A stretch of DNA of 64,000 bases from an uncultured bacterium (GTDB lineage: Bacteria; Patescibacteriota; Patescibacteriia; SG8-24; DYFX01), in the NCBI GenBank assembly GCA_937900255.1, contig CALCDZ010000004.1, positions 100,413-164,412 on the forward strand, written 5' to 3'. Below, piece after piece: positions 43,823 through 52,668 of the stretch. How positions within the stretch are numbered: position 1 is the first letter of the stretch; the number at the start of each line of letters is the position of its first letter. The notes below the pieces were generated by a model that saw nothing but the letters and a program-made list of their open reading frames with translations, made no database searches and was not told where the DNA came from. The position numbers and the translations under genes are program-made.

Positions 43823-45958
43823 ATGCGGAGCAGAATCATCGCGAGCCTCTGGTTCATCTACTTCCTTCTCACCGCCGCCTGCGCTTTGCAGCCCGCCGGT
43901 GAAGGGGGCGGCTCGGGGTCCGGTTCCGGATCCGGTTCGGGCTCCGGCTCGAACGTCCAGTGCCGCAAGGATACCGACTGCAACGACTACGTGTCGTGCA
44001 CGACCGGCGTCTGCAGCGGCGGGACGTGCCACTACGAGTCGTCGTGTCTCCTGGGCCAGACCTGCAACGTGCAGGCGGACCGTTGCGAGACTGCCGGTAC
44101 GCCGAGCGGACATGGTATCAGCTGCTTCCAGACCGGGAGCACGCTCTACCTGACCGTGAGCGGACAGTTGACGGATGCCGTCTACGGAGGTTCGCTGATC
44201 CGACCGAAATATATCTCCATCGCGAGTGATCAGATCGCGAACTCGTGGAACATCACCGCGACGTCTTCCGGTCCGCGCGTTGACCTTACGTCGACGGAGA
44301 CGGCCAATGGGGCCGTCTCGTCCGCTTCCATCAACTTGCCGAGCGACCAGGCCCAGCGCTTCACGCTGCTGGTCTGGTCGAACGACGGCTATGCGCGGCG
44401 CCTGGATCTCAAAAAGTGGAACGTCACTGGCGACGGTTGCGCCCGCATCGCGGACGGGTCGACGGGCGGTACGACCGATGGCTACGTCATCGGCCGCGCC
44501 CCGCTCTGCCCCAACGCCTGCGACGACGGCAACGCTTCGACGGTGGACGCGTGTACGGCCAACGGCTGCACGCATAACGGGAACGGCGGCACGAACTCGT
44601 CCTACGGCAACGTGAGTTGCTCGGAGTCGGGTTCGACCACCACCGTGACCGTGAACGGCGGCATCCTCTCGCACCTGGCGGATGGCACCGGGTCCTCGCT
44701 GTCGCCGAACTCGTCGTGGTCGATTCTCTTCGGCTACGGCGGCTCCGGTTCGACCTCGTGGTCCTCGGATGGCTCCACCTACACGCTGACCAGCTCCAAC
44801 GGGTTCTCGGGGTTCAACCTCGCGCTCCAGGAGCCGAGCGGCACTCGGCACTGGTTCAACGTGAACCAGTTCAACGTGTCGGGGAGCTGTCGGCTTGGGA
44901 CGAATGAGTTCAGCCACACGGCTGGCTCAGGCGGCTCCGGCTACGGCAACGTGAGTTGCTCGGAGTCGGGCTCGACCACCACCGTGACCGTGAACGGCGG
45001 CATCCTCTCGCACCTGGCGGACGGCACCGGTTCCTCGTTGTCCCCGAACTCGTCGTGGTCGATCCGATTCGGCTACGGCGGCTCCGGTTCGACCTCGTGG
45101 TCCTCGGACGGCTCGACCTATACGCTGTACAGCTCCAACGGGTTCTCGGGGTTCAACCTCGTGCTCCAGGAGCCGGGCGGCACGCAGCACTGGTTCGACG
45201 TGAACCGGTTCAACGTGTCGGGGAGCTGCTGGTTGGGAAGCAACGAGTTCGCGCATTCCGGTTCGGGGTCATCCTCGGGCCACGGCACGATCTCCTGCAC
45301 CGAGTCGGGGTCGACCACGAACGTCACGATCTCGAACGGTATCCTGAATCATCTGGACGTCACGGGCCTCGCGCCCGACTCGTCGTGGTCGATCCGATTC
45401 GGCTACGGCGGGACGGACATCAGGTCGTGGGTCTCGGACTCGTCGAGCTACACGTTCACGATGTCGAACTCGGTCACGGGCTTCAATTTCCTGCTTCGGG
45501 ATCAGTACGGGAACAGCCACTGGTTCGATGCCACCGAATTCGACGCCTACGGCACTTGCACGCGCATCACCGGCGGCTTCTCGCATTCGACGTCTGGGTC
45601 GTCATCGGACGGATACGGCAGGATCACGTGCTCAGTCAACGGACCGGACATGACGGTCACGATTTCCGACGGCATCCTCTCCCACCTGACGTATAACGGC
45701 ACCGTGTACCCGACTTCCGCCTGGAAGATCCAGTACAGTTCCGACTACGACGGGCTGACGGTGCCGTATCCGGGTGGCGTCAACAAGCCGATGGCCACCT
45801 GGCTCAGTAACGCCACGTCCTACTCGATCGTGATGTCGAGCCTGGTCAACGGGTTCAACTTCGCTCTAGAGGACGGGGTTTCGCCCTACTGGTTCGACAC
45901 CACGGAGTTCATCTTCACCGGATGTTACCGCGGTACGGACGGCAGGATCTACCACTAG
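43823..45958 (+). CDS. Secreted 711-aa protein with a Gly-Ser linker, an N-terminal Cys-rich module and four tandem roughly 115-aa repeats
   Basis: Signal peptide. (GS)7. Repeats beginning GYGNVSCSESGSTTTVTVNGGILSHLADGTGSSLSPNSSWSI. Two repeats nearly identical at the DNA level. Confidence 0.65.
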   Translation: MRSRIIASLWFIYFLLTAACALQPAGEGGGSGSGSGSGSGSGSNVQCRKDTDCNDYVSCTTGVCSGGTCHYESSCLLGQTCNVQADRCETAGTPSGHGISCFQTGSTLYLTVSGQLTDAVYGGSLIRPKYISIASDQIANSWNITATSSGPRVDLTSTETANGAVSSASINLPSDQAQRFTLLVWSNDGYARRLDLKKWNVTGDGCARIADGSTGGTTDGYVIGRAPLCPNACDDGNASTVDACTANGCTHNGNGGTNSSYGNVSCSESGSTTTVTVNGGILSHLADGTGSSLSPNSSWSILFGYGGSGSTSWSSDGSTYTLTSSNGFSGFNLALQEPSGTRHWFNVNQFNVSGSCRLGTNEFSHTAGSGGSGYGNVSCSESGSTTTVTVNGGILSHLADGTGSSLSPNSSWSIRFGYGGSGSTSWSSDGSTYTLYSSNGFSGFNLVLQEPGGTQHWFDVNRFNVSGSCWLGSNEFAHSGSGSSSGHGTISCTESGSTTNVTISNGILNHLDVTGLAPDSSWSIRFGYGGTDIRSWVSDSSSYTFTMSNSVTGFNFLLRDQYGNSHWFDATEFDAYGTCTRITGGFSHSTSGSSSDGYGRITCSVNGPDMTVTISDGILSHLTYNGTVYPTSAWKIQYSSDYDGLTVPYPGGVNKPMATWLSNATSYSIVMSSLVNGFNFALEDGVSPYWFDTTEFIFTGCYRGTDGRIYH
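44596..45285 (+). repeat. Two near-identical tandem roughly 345-bp intragenic repeats, followed by two diverged copies up to about 45900
   Basis: GGCTACGGCAACGTGAGTTGCTCGGAGTCGGG...CACTGGTTC units at 44596 and 44941. Confidence 0.6.
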
Positions 45959-46039
45959 CCCCTGCGCACTCTGGAGGGCGCCTTGCGGGAAACCGCAGGT
46001 CGCCCTCTCTTTATTTTTCTGCTAAACTGGAGGCGCTAT

Positions 46040-47587
46040 ATGCCGATCGCTGACGCCTTGAAGAGGGAACTGCGGAAGCTGTTCGAGATCCCCGACGTGC
46101 CTTGGCAGCGCCTGGTGAAGGTCTTTATCGGCATCGCTGCGCTGTTCTGCCTCCTGGTCGTCTTCGTTTCGCCTTGGAAGGTGCTGGCCTTCTTCCTGAG
46201 CGTCGGACTCCTGGCCATCGTCTATGCCCGACCGACCTGGATGCTGGCGTTCCTGGCGGTCTTCATCCCGCTCGAACCGTTCTTCCTGAAGTTCGTGCCG
46301 GACGAGCTCTATATCTTCGCCAAGTATTTTTCGGAGGTGCTGATCTACCTCCTCCTGGCCTCCGCCCTGGCGCGGCGTTACTTGGAAGGGGAGAAGCGCG
46401 TGGCGACGCCGCTCGACCTGCCGTTCGCCCTGCTCGTGCTCGTGGCCGCCGCTTCGGCCGTCTCCAACTTCGTCCAGCCTGGCATCGCCATCCTGGGGTT
46501 ACGTCAGATCATCCGCTTCATGCTGCTGTTCTTCGCGGTCGTGGCGCTTGCGCCGTCGCGCAAGTACCTGCGCACGCTGGCGGCGCTGATGCTCGCCCTG
46601 GTCTTCTTCGAGTCCTGCCTCGGCATCCTACAGGCGGCCACCTACGGCGCGATCGACGCCTTCCTGCTCCCCAGTCAGCAGCATGTCTACGACAGCCTTC
46701 AGTTGACCGGCGGCACCCAGCAGTTCTGGGCGCCCGGCCAGCGCGTCTTCGCCACGCTCGGCCGTTACGACCAGCTCGGCACCTTCCTGTGCTTCTTCAT
46801 GCTGCTCCTGGCCGGATGGGCCTACGAGGTCGCGCGCGGCAAATGGCACAAGTACTTCCTCGCGCTTTCGGCCATCGCGCTGGGCGCTTTGGTGCTGACG
46901 TATTCGCGTGCCTCGTGGTTCGGCTTCCTGTTCGGCTTCCTTTACATCGCCGTGCGGGTCAAGAAAGATAAGCGCGTCACGGCGGCCTTCCTGGCGATCG
47001 TCGGGCTCATCGCCGCGTATACTTTGTACACCGGCGTCGTCGTGAAGTACCTGACCGACACGCCCGAACAGACGCCGCTCGCGCGCCTGCTCGAAGCTTT
47101 CTCGTATGAGCGGTGGCGCGGCGAGTATTTCGGCTATGGGCGCGTCTACTGGCTCCTCAACACGCCGCTCAAGGTCGTGCCGTCCGCTCCGATCTTCGGC
47201 CACGGCCCCGGCACCTACGGCGGCGGCGCGGCAGCGGTGCTCGGCAACTCGACCGTCTATGACCAGCTCGGATTGCCGTTCGGCGTGGCCGGCACTGGCG
47301 GTTTCATCGACAACAACTGGTTTTCGCTCTGGGGCGAGGTCGGCACGCTCGGGCTCGCGCTTTACGTCTGGATGTTCGTGATCCTGTTCCGCTCGGCCCG
47401 TGCCGTCTTTGAGGGATCAGAGGACCCCTTCATCCGCGGCTTGGCGCTCGGGTATCTCGGCGCGACCCTTGCCTTCGCCATGCAGGCGATGCTCGGGACG
47501 TACCTGGAAGTCCGCACCATCAGCCTATACTTCTGGCTGTTCGGCGCGCTGATCGTGGCGGCGGGCCAGCACGAGAAGCTGGTATGA
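46040..47587 (+). CDS. O-antigen ligase / Wzy_C-family membrane protein
   Basis: 515 aa, about 11 TM, large periplasmic loop with the conserved LTYSRASWFG motif. Internal ATG of ORF 45983..47587. Confidence 0.7.
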   Translation: MPIADALKRELRKLFEIPDVPWQRLVKVFIGIAALFCLLVVFVSPWKVLAFFLSVGLLAIVYARPTWMLAFLAVFIPLEPFFLKFVPDELYIFAKYFSEVLIYLLLASALARRYLEGEKRVATPLDLPFALLVLVAAASAVSNFVQPGIAILGLRQIIRFMLLFFAVVALAPSRKYLRTLAALMLALVFFESCLGILQAATYGAIDAFLLPSQQHVYDSLQLTGGTQQFWAPGQRVFATLGRYDQLGTFLCFFMLLLAGWAYEVARGKWHKYFLALSAIALGALVLTYSRASWFGFLFGFLYIAVRVKKDKRVTAAFLAIVGLIAAYTLYTGVVVKYLTDTPEQTPLARLLEAFSYERWRGEYFGYGRVYWLLNTPLKVVPSAPIFGHGPGTYGGGAAAVLGNSTVYDQLGLPFGVAGTGGFIDNNWFSLWGEVGTLGLALYVWMFVILFRSARAVFEGSEDPFIRGLALGYLGATLAFAMQAMLGTYLEVRTISLYFWLFGALIVAAGQHEKLV

Positions 47588-48807
47588 AGGTCCTGCTCGT
47601 CGACAAGTTCTGGTACTTGAAGGGCGGGGCCGAACGCGTGGTCTTCGAGACAAAGAAGCTGCTCGAAGCTAACGGCGACGTCGTCTTCGAATTCTCGATG
47701 CGCGATCCGCGGAACGTCGAGAGCGCGTACGGGCGTTTTTTCGTCTCGCCGGTCGCTACCGATCGCGTCCGGTTCGACTGGCAAGGGCTGCGGACGGCCG
47801 GACGGATGCTCTGGTCTTTCGAGGCGGCGCGGAAGTTCGATGCGCTCCTGTCGGAAGCGAAACCGGACGTCATTCATGCGCATAACATCTATCATCAGTT
47901 GTCGCCTTCGATCCTGGCGGTCGCCGAGCGCCGCGGCGTGCCGGCCGTGATGACGCTGCATGATTATCACCTGATCTCGCCGAACTACGGCCTGTTCGAC
48001 CGCGGCGGCATCGTCGAGCCTTCCAAGGCGCATCCGTATCTTGATACGTTGCAGCGCCGTCTTATCGACGGCTCGTTCCCCAAGAGCGCGCTCTCGGCCT
48101 TTGAGGGTTGGCTGCACCGCGCGTCAGGCGTCTACGGCAGCGTAGCGAAGTTCATCGCGCCGTCCGAGTTCGTGAAGAGGAAGGTCGTCGAGTACGGTGT
48201 CGCCGAAAGCCGCGTCGAAGTCGTGCCGCATTGCATCGGACTGGAAGGCCGCGCGCCGCGCTACGCTTCGGAAAACCGGGTCGTTTTCGTGGGGCGTCTC
48301 TCGCCCGAGAAAGGCGTCGACGTCCTCCTGCGCGCCATGAAAGACGTGAACGGACTGGAATGCGCCATCGTCGGCGAAGGTCCCGAGCGCGGCCGTTTGG
48401 AGCGATTGTCCGAAGATCTCGGCCTCGCCAACGTGGCGTTCCTGGGCGCGCTCTACGGCGCGGAGCTCGAACGCGAGATCGCCCGCGCCAAAGCCGTGGT
48501 CATCCCGTCGCTCTCCTATGAGACCTTCGGGCTCACGGCGCTTGAAGCCTATGCGTTCGGAAAACCCGTCATCGCCAGCCGCATCGGCGCCTTGCCGGAG
48601 GTCGTGCGGGAAGGGGAGACGGGATTGCTCTTCGCCCCGGGCGGATCGAAGGAACTCACTGAAAAATTGAATTGGCTCACCCGGAACGCCGCCGTGTCCG
48701 AAGCGATGGGTCGGAAGGGCCGCGAGCTCGCCGAAACGGAGTACGCGCCCGGACTGCACCTCGGAAGGATCCATCGGATCTACAAGGAAGCGATCGGGAA
48801 GAAGTAG
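47584..48807 (+). CDS. Glycosyltransferase family 4
   Basis: GT4 fold motifs (VVFVGRLSPEKGVDVL, C-terminal EX7E region ETFGLTALEAYAFGKPVIAS). ATGA overlap with the upstream gene. Confidence 0.85.
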   Translation: MKVLLVDKFWYLKGGAERVVFETKKLLEANGDVVFEFSMRDPRNVESAYGRFFVSPVATDRVRFDWQGLRTAGRMLWSFEAARKFDALLSEAKPDVIHAHNIYHQLSPSILAVAERRGVPAVMTLHDYHLISPNYGLFDRGGIVEPSKAHPYLDTLQRRLIDGSFPKSALSAFEGWLHRASGVYGSVAKFIAPSEFVKRKVVEYGVAESRVEVVPHCIGLEGRAPRYASENRVVFVGRLSPEKGVDVLLRAMKDVNGLECAIVGEGPERGRLERLSEDLGLANVAFLGALYGAELEREIARAKAVVIPSLSYETFGLTALEAYAFGKPVIASRIGALPEVVREGETGLLFAPGGSKELTEKLNWLTRNAAVSEAMGRKGRELAETEYAPGLHLGRIHRIYKEAIGKK

Positions 48808-48894
48808 GGGTATACGTGATGGCTGCACCCATCCCGGCGGCATCGTCGTATATGCAGATGACAGGCCTGTCATGTCCCTTATTCGTAACCATCC

Positions 48895-49545
48895 TTGATG
48901 ATGAAGAGGAAACCTTTGCTCATCGGCGCCGCGGCCTTGGTGTCGGCCTTGGCGCTGCCGGCGCTGGTCTTGGCCGCCCAACCTTCGGGCTGGCAAGGCT
49001 TCGGCAAGAAAACCGGAACCGCACCGATGGGCATGCGCGCTCGCATGAGTCCGGGCGTTTTCGGCACGATCATCGCCATGAACGGCGGGACGTTCACCGT
49101 GGAGAGCCACGCGTTCGGAAAGACGCAGGCAAGCGCGACATGGACCGTCGCGACCGACGCCTCCACGACGTACAAGAAAGACGGTCAAGCCGCCTCATCC
49201 GCCGACCTGGCCGTCGGGGAGAGCGTCATGGCGATCGGTACGCGCGATGAAAGCGCCAAGACCGTCGCCGCTAAGGAGGTGGCGATCGATACCCGGACGG
49301 CACAGGCGCCTCCGCAGCGCTTCACGGGCACCATCCAGTCGATCGACGGCGGCAAGCTGACGATCCTGGACGCGGACGGCAAGACGCGCGTCGTCGCCGC
49401 GTTCAGCGTCGGCGAGAAAGTGGTGATCGCAGGAGCGCAGGCGGGCCCCTCCGCCGACATCCAAGCCTTCATGGTCCACGATGCCTCGAAGGTGCCTGCT
49501 CTCGGCATGCGTCCGATGATGAACATGCACGGAGCTGATGAATAG
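48895..49545 (+). CDS. Secreted hypothetical protein (216 aa)
   Basis: Signal peptide MMMKRKPLLIGAAALVSALALPALVLAA. Beta-rich composition. Confidence 0.5.
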   Translation: MMMKRKPLLIGAAALVSALALPALVLAAQPSGWQGFGKKTGTAPMGMRARMSPGVFGTIIAMNGGTFTVESHAFGKTQASATWTVATDASTTYKKDGQAASSADLAVGESVMAIGTRDESAKTVAAKEVAIDTRTAQAPPQRFTGTIQSIDGGKLTILDADGKTRVVAAFSVGEKVVIAGAQAGPSADIQAFMVHDASKVPALGMRPMMNMHGADE

Positions 49546-49553
49546 CTCCATCA

Positions 49554-49631
49554 AAAATCCGCCTTCCATGGCGGGTTTTTGAGCGATACGAAAACCTCCC
49601 GCGTGCAGCACGGGAGGTTCTCTTTTTTCGG
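49554..49631. terminator. Two consecutive intrinsic-terminator hairpins (CCGCCTTCCATGGCGG+T5; CCTCCCG-CGTGCAGCA-CGGGAGG+TTCTCTTTTTT) between convergent genes
   Basis: Perfect stems with T-tracts. Bidirectional arrangement. Confidence 0.55.
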
Positions 49632-49644
49632 ACCGTTCCGGGTA

Positions 49645-50853
49645 TCACCCCATCGCGGCCCGGCGGGCGTGGCCCATCTGGAGTCCGGCCTTGCGGGCGG
49701 TCTTCTGGAGGGGCTTCGCTGGCGCCAGCTGGTTATAGACCAAACCGGTCTCTTTGGCAATCTTGTCCCAGTTGAAGTAGGTGGCGACGTGCTTTTGGGC
49801 TTCGCGGCCCATCTCCGCGCATTGCCGCGGATGCGTCAGCATCCAATGCAGTTGGAGCATGAGGTCACGTTCGTCATCGAGCCGATAGGTGAAGCCGCGA
49901 CCCTCGACGATCTCCAGGTGTTCCGGGATGTTCGAGGCCAGGACGGCTTTGCCGTGCGCCATCTTCTCGAGCACGGCCATCGGCAGGCCTTCGGTAGCGG
50001 AGGGGTGGACGCCGAAGGCGGCGTGGGCCACGAGCGCGTTCAGTTCGGCGCCATAGCGCGCTCCGGCCAGGACGATGTCCTTGGTACCGGCCGCCTTGGC
50101 GCGGACTTCCCAGACGTAGGCATCCGTCGGTTGTCCGTCGCCGACGATGACGAGCTTCATGCCGAGCGTGCGCAGGTCGGTCGAAGCGCGCTTGAGGCGC
50201 TTCCAGGCTTCGATCAGCTTGTCCGCGTTCTTGGAGCGGATGAGTCGCGAGACCATCACGACATAGCGGCCCTTCTCGAGCCCGAGCGCGTTCAGGACGG
50301 AGACATCCTTGGGAGAAGGTTTCGCGACCTTCACGCCGTTGGGGATGTAGGCGGCGCGGCAGTCGTAGACTTCGCGGCAGTAGTGCGCCAGCGTCTTGGA
50401 GACGACGATCGTCTTGTGGGCGAAGTGCGTGGCGGCCCATTCTCCGGCGCGGAGCATCGTGCGGGCGAAACGCCCCCACTTGCGGACCCGGCGGTCGAGG
50501 CAGTGGAAGGTGACGATGACTTCGGAACCTGGGCGGAAGACGCGCGGCATCCAGGCGAGCAGGGCGGGACCGACGCCGTGGTAGTGGTAGACGTCGGCGC
50601 CTTCCTTCATGGCGTGGACGGTCGAAAGGAAGGTGTGCGTGATCGCGTCGAAGTGCTTGGTCTGGAGCGAGGCGAGCGGCACCAACCGGACGCCTTGGTG
50701 CGACAGCTTCCGCGTGCCGGTATACCAAGGGCGGGTATAGACCGTGACGTCGAAAGAGCGCTTCGCGAGACGGATCGCGAGCTCTTCCACGTGCCGCTCG
50801 ATGCCTCCGGAGCGTGCCGGAATGCCTTTGGAACCGATGATGGCGATCTTCAT
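49645..50853 (-). CDS. Glycosyltransferase family 4
   Basis: MKIAIIGSKGIPARSGGIERHVEEL N-terminus and the C-terminal GT4 EX7E region. Confidence 0.85.
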   Translation of the reverse strand: MKIAIIGSKGIPARSGGIERHVEELAIRLAKRSFDVTVYTRPWYTGTRKLSHQGVRLVPLASLQTKHFDAITHTFLSTVHAMKEGADVYHYHGVGPALLAWMPRVFRPGSEVIVTFHCLDRRVRKWGRFARTMLRAGEWAATHFAHKTIVVSKTLAHYCREVYDCRAAYIPNGVKVAKPSPKDVSVLNALGLEKGRYVVMVSRLIRSKNADKLIEAWKRLKRASTDLRTLGMKLVIVGDGQPTDAYVWEVRAKAAGTKDIVLAGARYGAELNALVAHAAFGVHPSATEGLPMAVLEKMAHGKAVLASNIPEHLEIVEGRGFTYRLDDERDLMLQLHWMLTHPRQCAEMGREAQKHVATYFNWDKIAKETGLVYNQLAPAKPLQKTARKAGLQMGHARRAAMG

Positions 50854-50954
50854 AACCGGGCACTCTAGCAGAAAAAGCCATTTTTGTCAAGGGTCTGGAA
50901 CAACGCAAAACCGGCCAGGATATGGCCGGTTTCATTGGGTTATTCTTGGTTGGC

Positions 50955-52664
50955 TTATCGAACCACCTTCGACCGTCCGGCGGCCTTCGGGTCGCCCGTG
51001 AGCCTGGTGTCGAGGCTCCCGGCGCGTGAAGAGAGGTCGATGCCGGTCCAGGCGTCCGTGCCCGTATAGGCCGCTTCGTGAAGCAGTTCCGGGGCGGTAT
51101 CGGCTTGCGCGATCTCCGGCGTCAGGGCGATCTCGAAGGAAGCGCTCGGTGCCTCGAAGGACGCCGCCGCGTGCGGCTCCACCGATCCCACGCGCCAGAC
51201 CAGGCGGTCTCCGCCCGATTCCAAGTCGTCCCCGCCGCTCACGGCCGCGCGTCCGGTCCATGCCGCTCCGCGAGGCAGGGTGAAGATGACGGTCCCGTTC
51301 TCGGTCTTGGTCGGTCCCGTTTCCAGGCTGGCCAGGATCCAGTAGGTGGTCGTCTTGCCGACGCGCGGAGGCAGCGGGCCGCGTCCGATCTGGTCTCCTT
51401 GGTTCGTGAAGTAGCGGGCGGCGACCAAGAGCCTGGCGCTTCCGGCGATCTTGGTCGAGACGGACTTGCCGTCGATCCGGACGTCATGCAGCGCGGACGC
51501 CTGCACGTCGAATTCCGCTTGCGGGATCACGCGCAGGAGCGGGTCGGTGCCGTAGGGTGAAATGGCGTCACGCAGGCGCACGTATGCGATGCGCGTTCCG
51601 GAAGCGCCCGGTTCCAAGGCATCTACGAGCGGGATTTCGCTCCACCGGACCGACGAAATGGCGGAGGGGTCAGGCTTCACCGAAAGCCGCAGGCGCGAGA
51701 TCTCCTTGCTGCCGTCGTTGCGGTAACGGATCGTCAACGGGACCTCCTGCCCGGCTTTGACGTAGTCGGGCGTGGAACCCGTGAATGCGGCGTCCAATTC
51801 CAGTCCGGCATTCACGACCGGCACGTCGGTTCCCGTTTCTGCCAGCAGGAACGGCTGGCCTTCGAAGGTGCCGGTCATCTCGGATCGGAAGTGTAGGAGA
51901 TCCGTCGCGCCGTCGAAGTGCCCGAAGAACTCCGCGTCGGCTTCTTCGCCCGGAGAAAGGTCTCCCAAGGCGATCGCACCCTTATAAATAGGCGGGGTGC
52001 TGCGAAGCGGACGGAATCCGGGAGGCCAGACCATCTTGAGGCTGGCTTTGGCGAACGGCAGCGGAGAGCCGTTCTTGACGTGGAGGCGGAAAGCGGCGTC
52101 CTGACCCGGCACGACGGCGCTCGGCAGCGAGAACCCCAGCGTCACGAGGCTGCGTTCCCAGCGGAGTTCGCTTGAGGCGAGCTTCTCGTCGACCGACCCG
52201 TCCGCGTCGGAGGCAGCGAAACGCACGATGACGGGAACGCTTTGAGGCGGCCCGATCAGGAATCCGCGGACGCGGTAATCGATCGAAGCGTTCGGCGCGA
52301 TCGAGACGACGTCGAACTCGCGGACGCTGCCGCGCCCGTCTTCCGGCAGGAACGCCTTCGGCAGGCGGATGGAGAGATGTCCTTTCGTCAGGGGTCGCTT
52401 CCCGGCGTTCAGCATGGTCACGGCGATTTCCGTCTCCTCTCCGCCGACCGCTTCGCCGGCGACGGTCACGTTCAGCTTGAAGGCGTCGCGCAGCGGATGG
52501 TAGAACCAGCTGAAGTAGGAGCCGAGCAGCAGCAACCCTAACGCGCAGCTCACGAGCGCGGCGTCGAGCAGGAACACCAAATGCGCCCGCGAGGCATAAC
52601 GCGCCGCGTAATGCTTCTCGTAGTGGCGCTTGGCGTGTCCGTGGACGCGATGGAGGATGGACAT
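50955..52664 (-). CDS. Membrane-anchored protein with repeated Ig-like/DUF11-type beta domains, hypothetical
   Basis: N-terminal TM. 569 aa. Several about 100-aa beta-rich repeats. Confidence 0.5.
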   Translation of the reverse strand: MSILHRVHGHAKRHYEKHYAARYASRAHLVFLLDAALVSCALGLLLLGSYFSWFYHPLRDAFKLNVTVAGEAVGGEETEIAVTMLNAGKRPLTKGHLSIRLPKAFLPEDGRGSVREFDVVSIAPNASIDYRVRGFLIGPPQSVPVIVRFAASDADGSVDEKLASSELRWERSLVTLGFSLPSAVVPGQDAAFRLHVKNGSPLPFAKASLKMVWPPGFRPLRSTPPIYKGAIALGDLSPGEEADAEFFGHFDGATDLLHFRSEMTGTFEGQPFLLAETGTDVPVVNAGLELDAAFTGSTPDYVKAGQEVPLTIRYRNDGSKEISRLRLSVKPDPSAISSVRWSEIPLVDALEPGASGTRIAYVRLRDAISPYGTDPLLRVIPQAEFDVQASALHDVRIDGKSVSTKIAGSARLLVAARYFTNQGDQIGRGPLPPRVGKTTTYWILASLETGPTKTENGTVIFTLPRGAAWTGRAAVSGGDDLESGGDRLVWRVGSVEPHAAASFEAPSASFEIALTPEIAQADTAPELLHEAAYTGTDAWTGIDLSSRAGSLDTRLTGDPKAAGRSKVVR

Positions 52665-52668
52665 AGGT

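Noticed and set aside
41142-45256. Minus-strand ORFs 41142..42773, 42874..43701, 43784..44917, 44927..45256
   Set aside because: Antisense to signal-peptide-bearing plus-strand genes (Wzz-like, collagen-like, Cys-rich, tandem-repeat protein). Arg/Ala/Val low-complexity translations.
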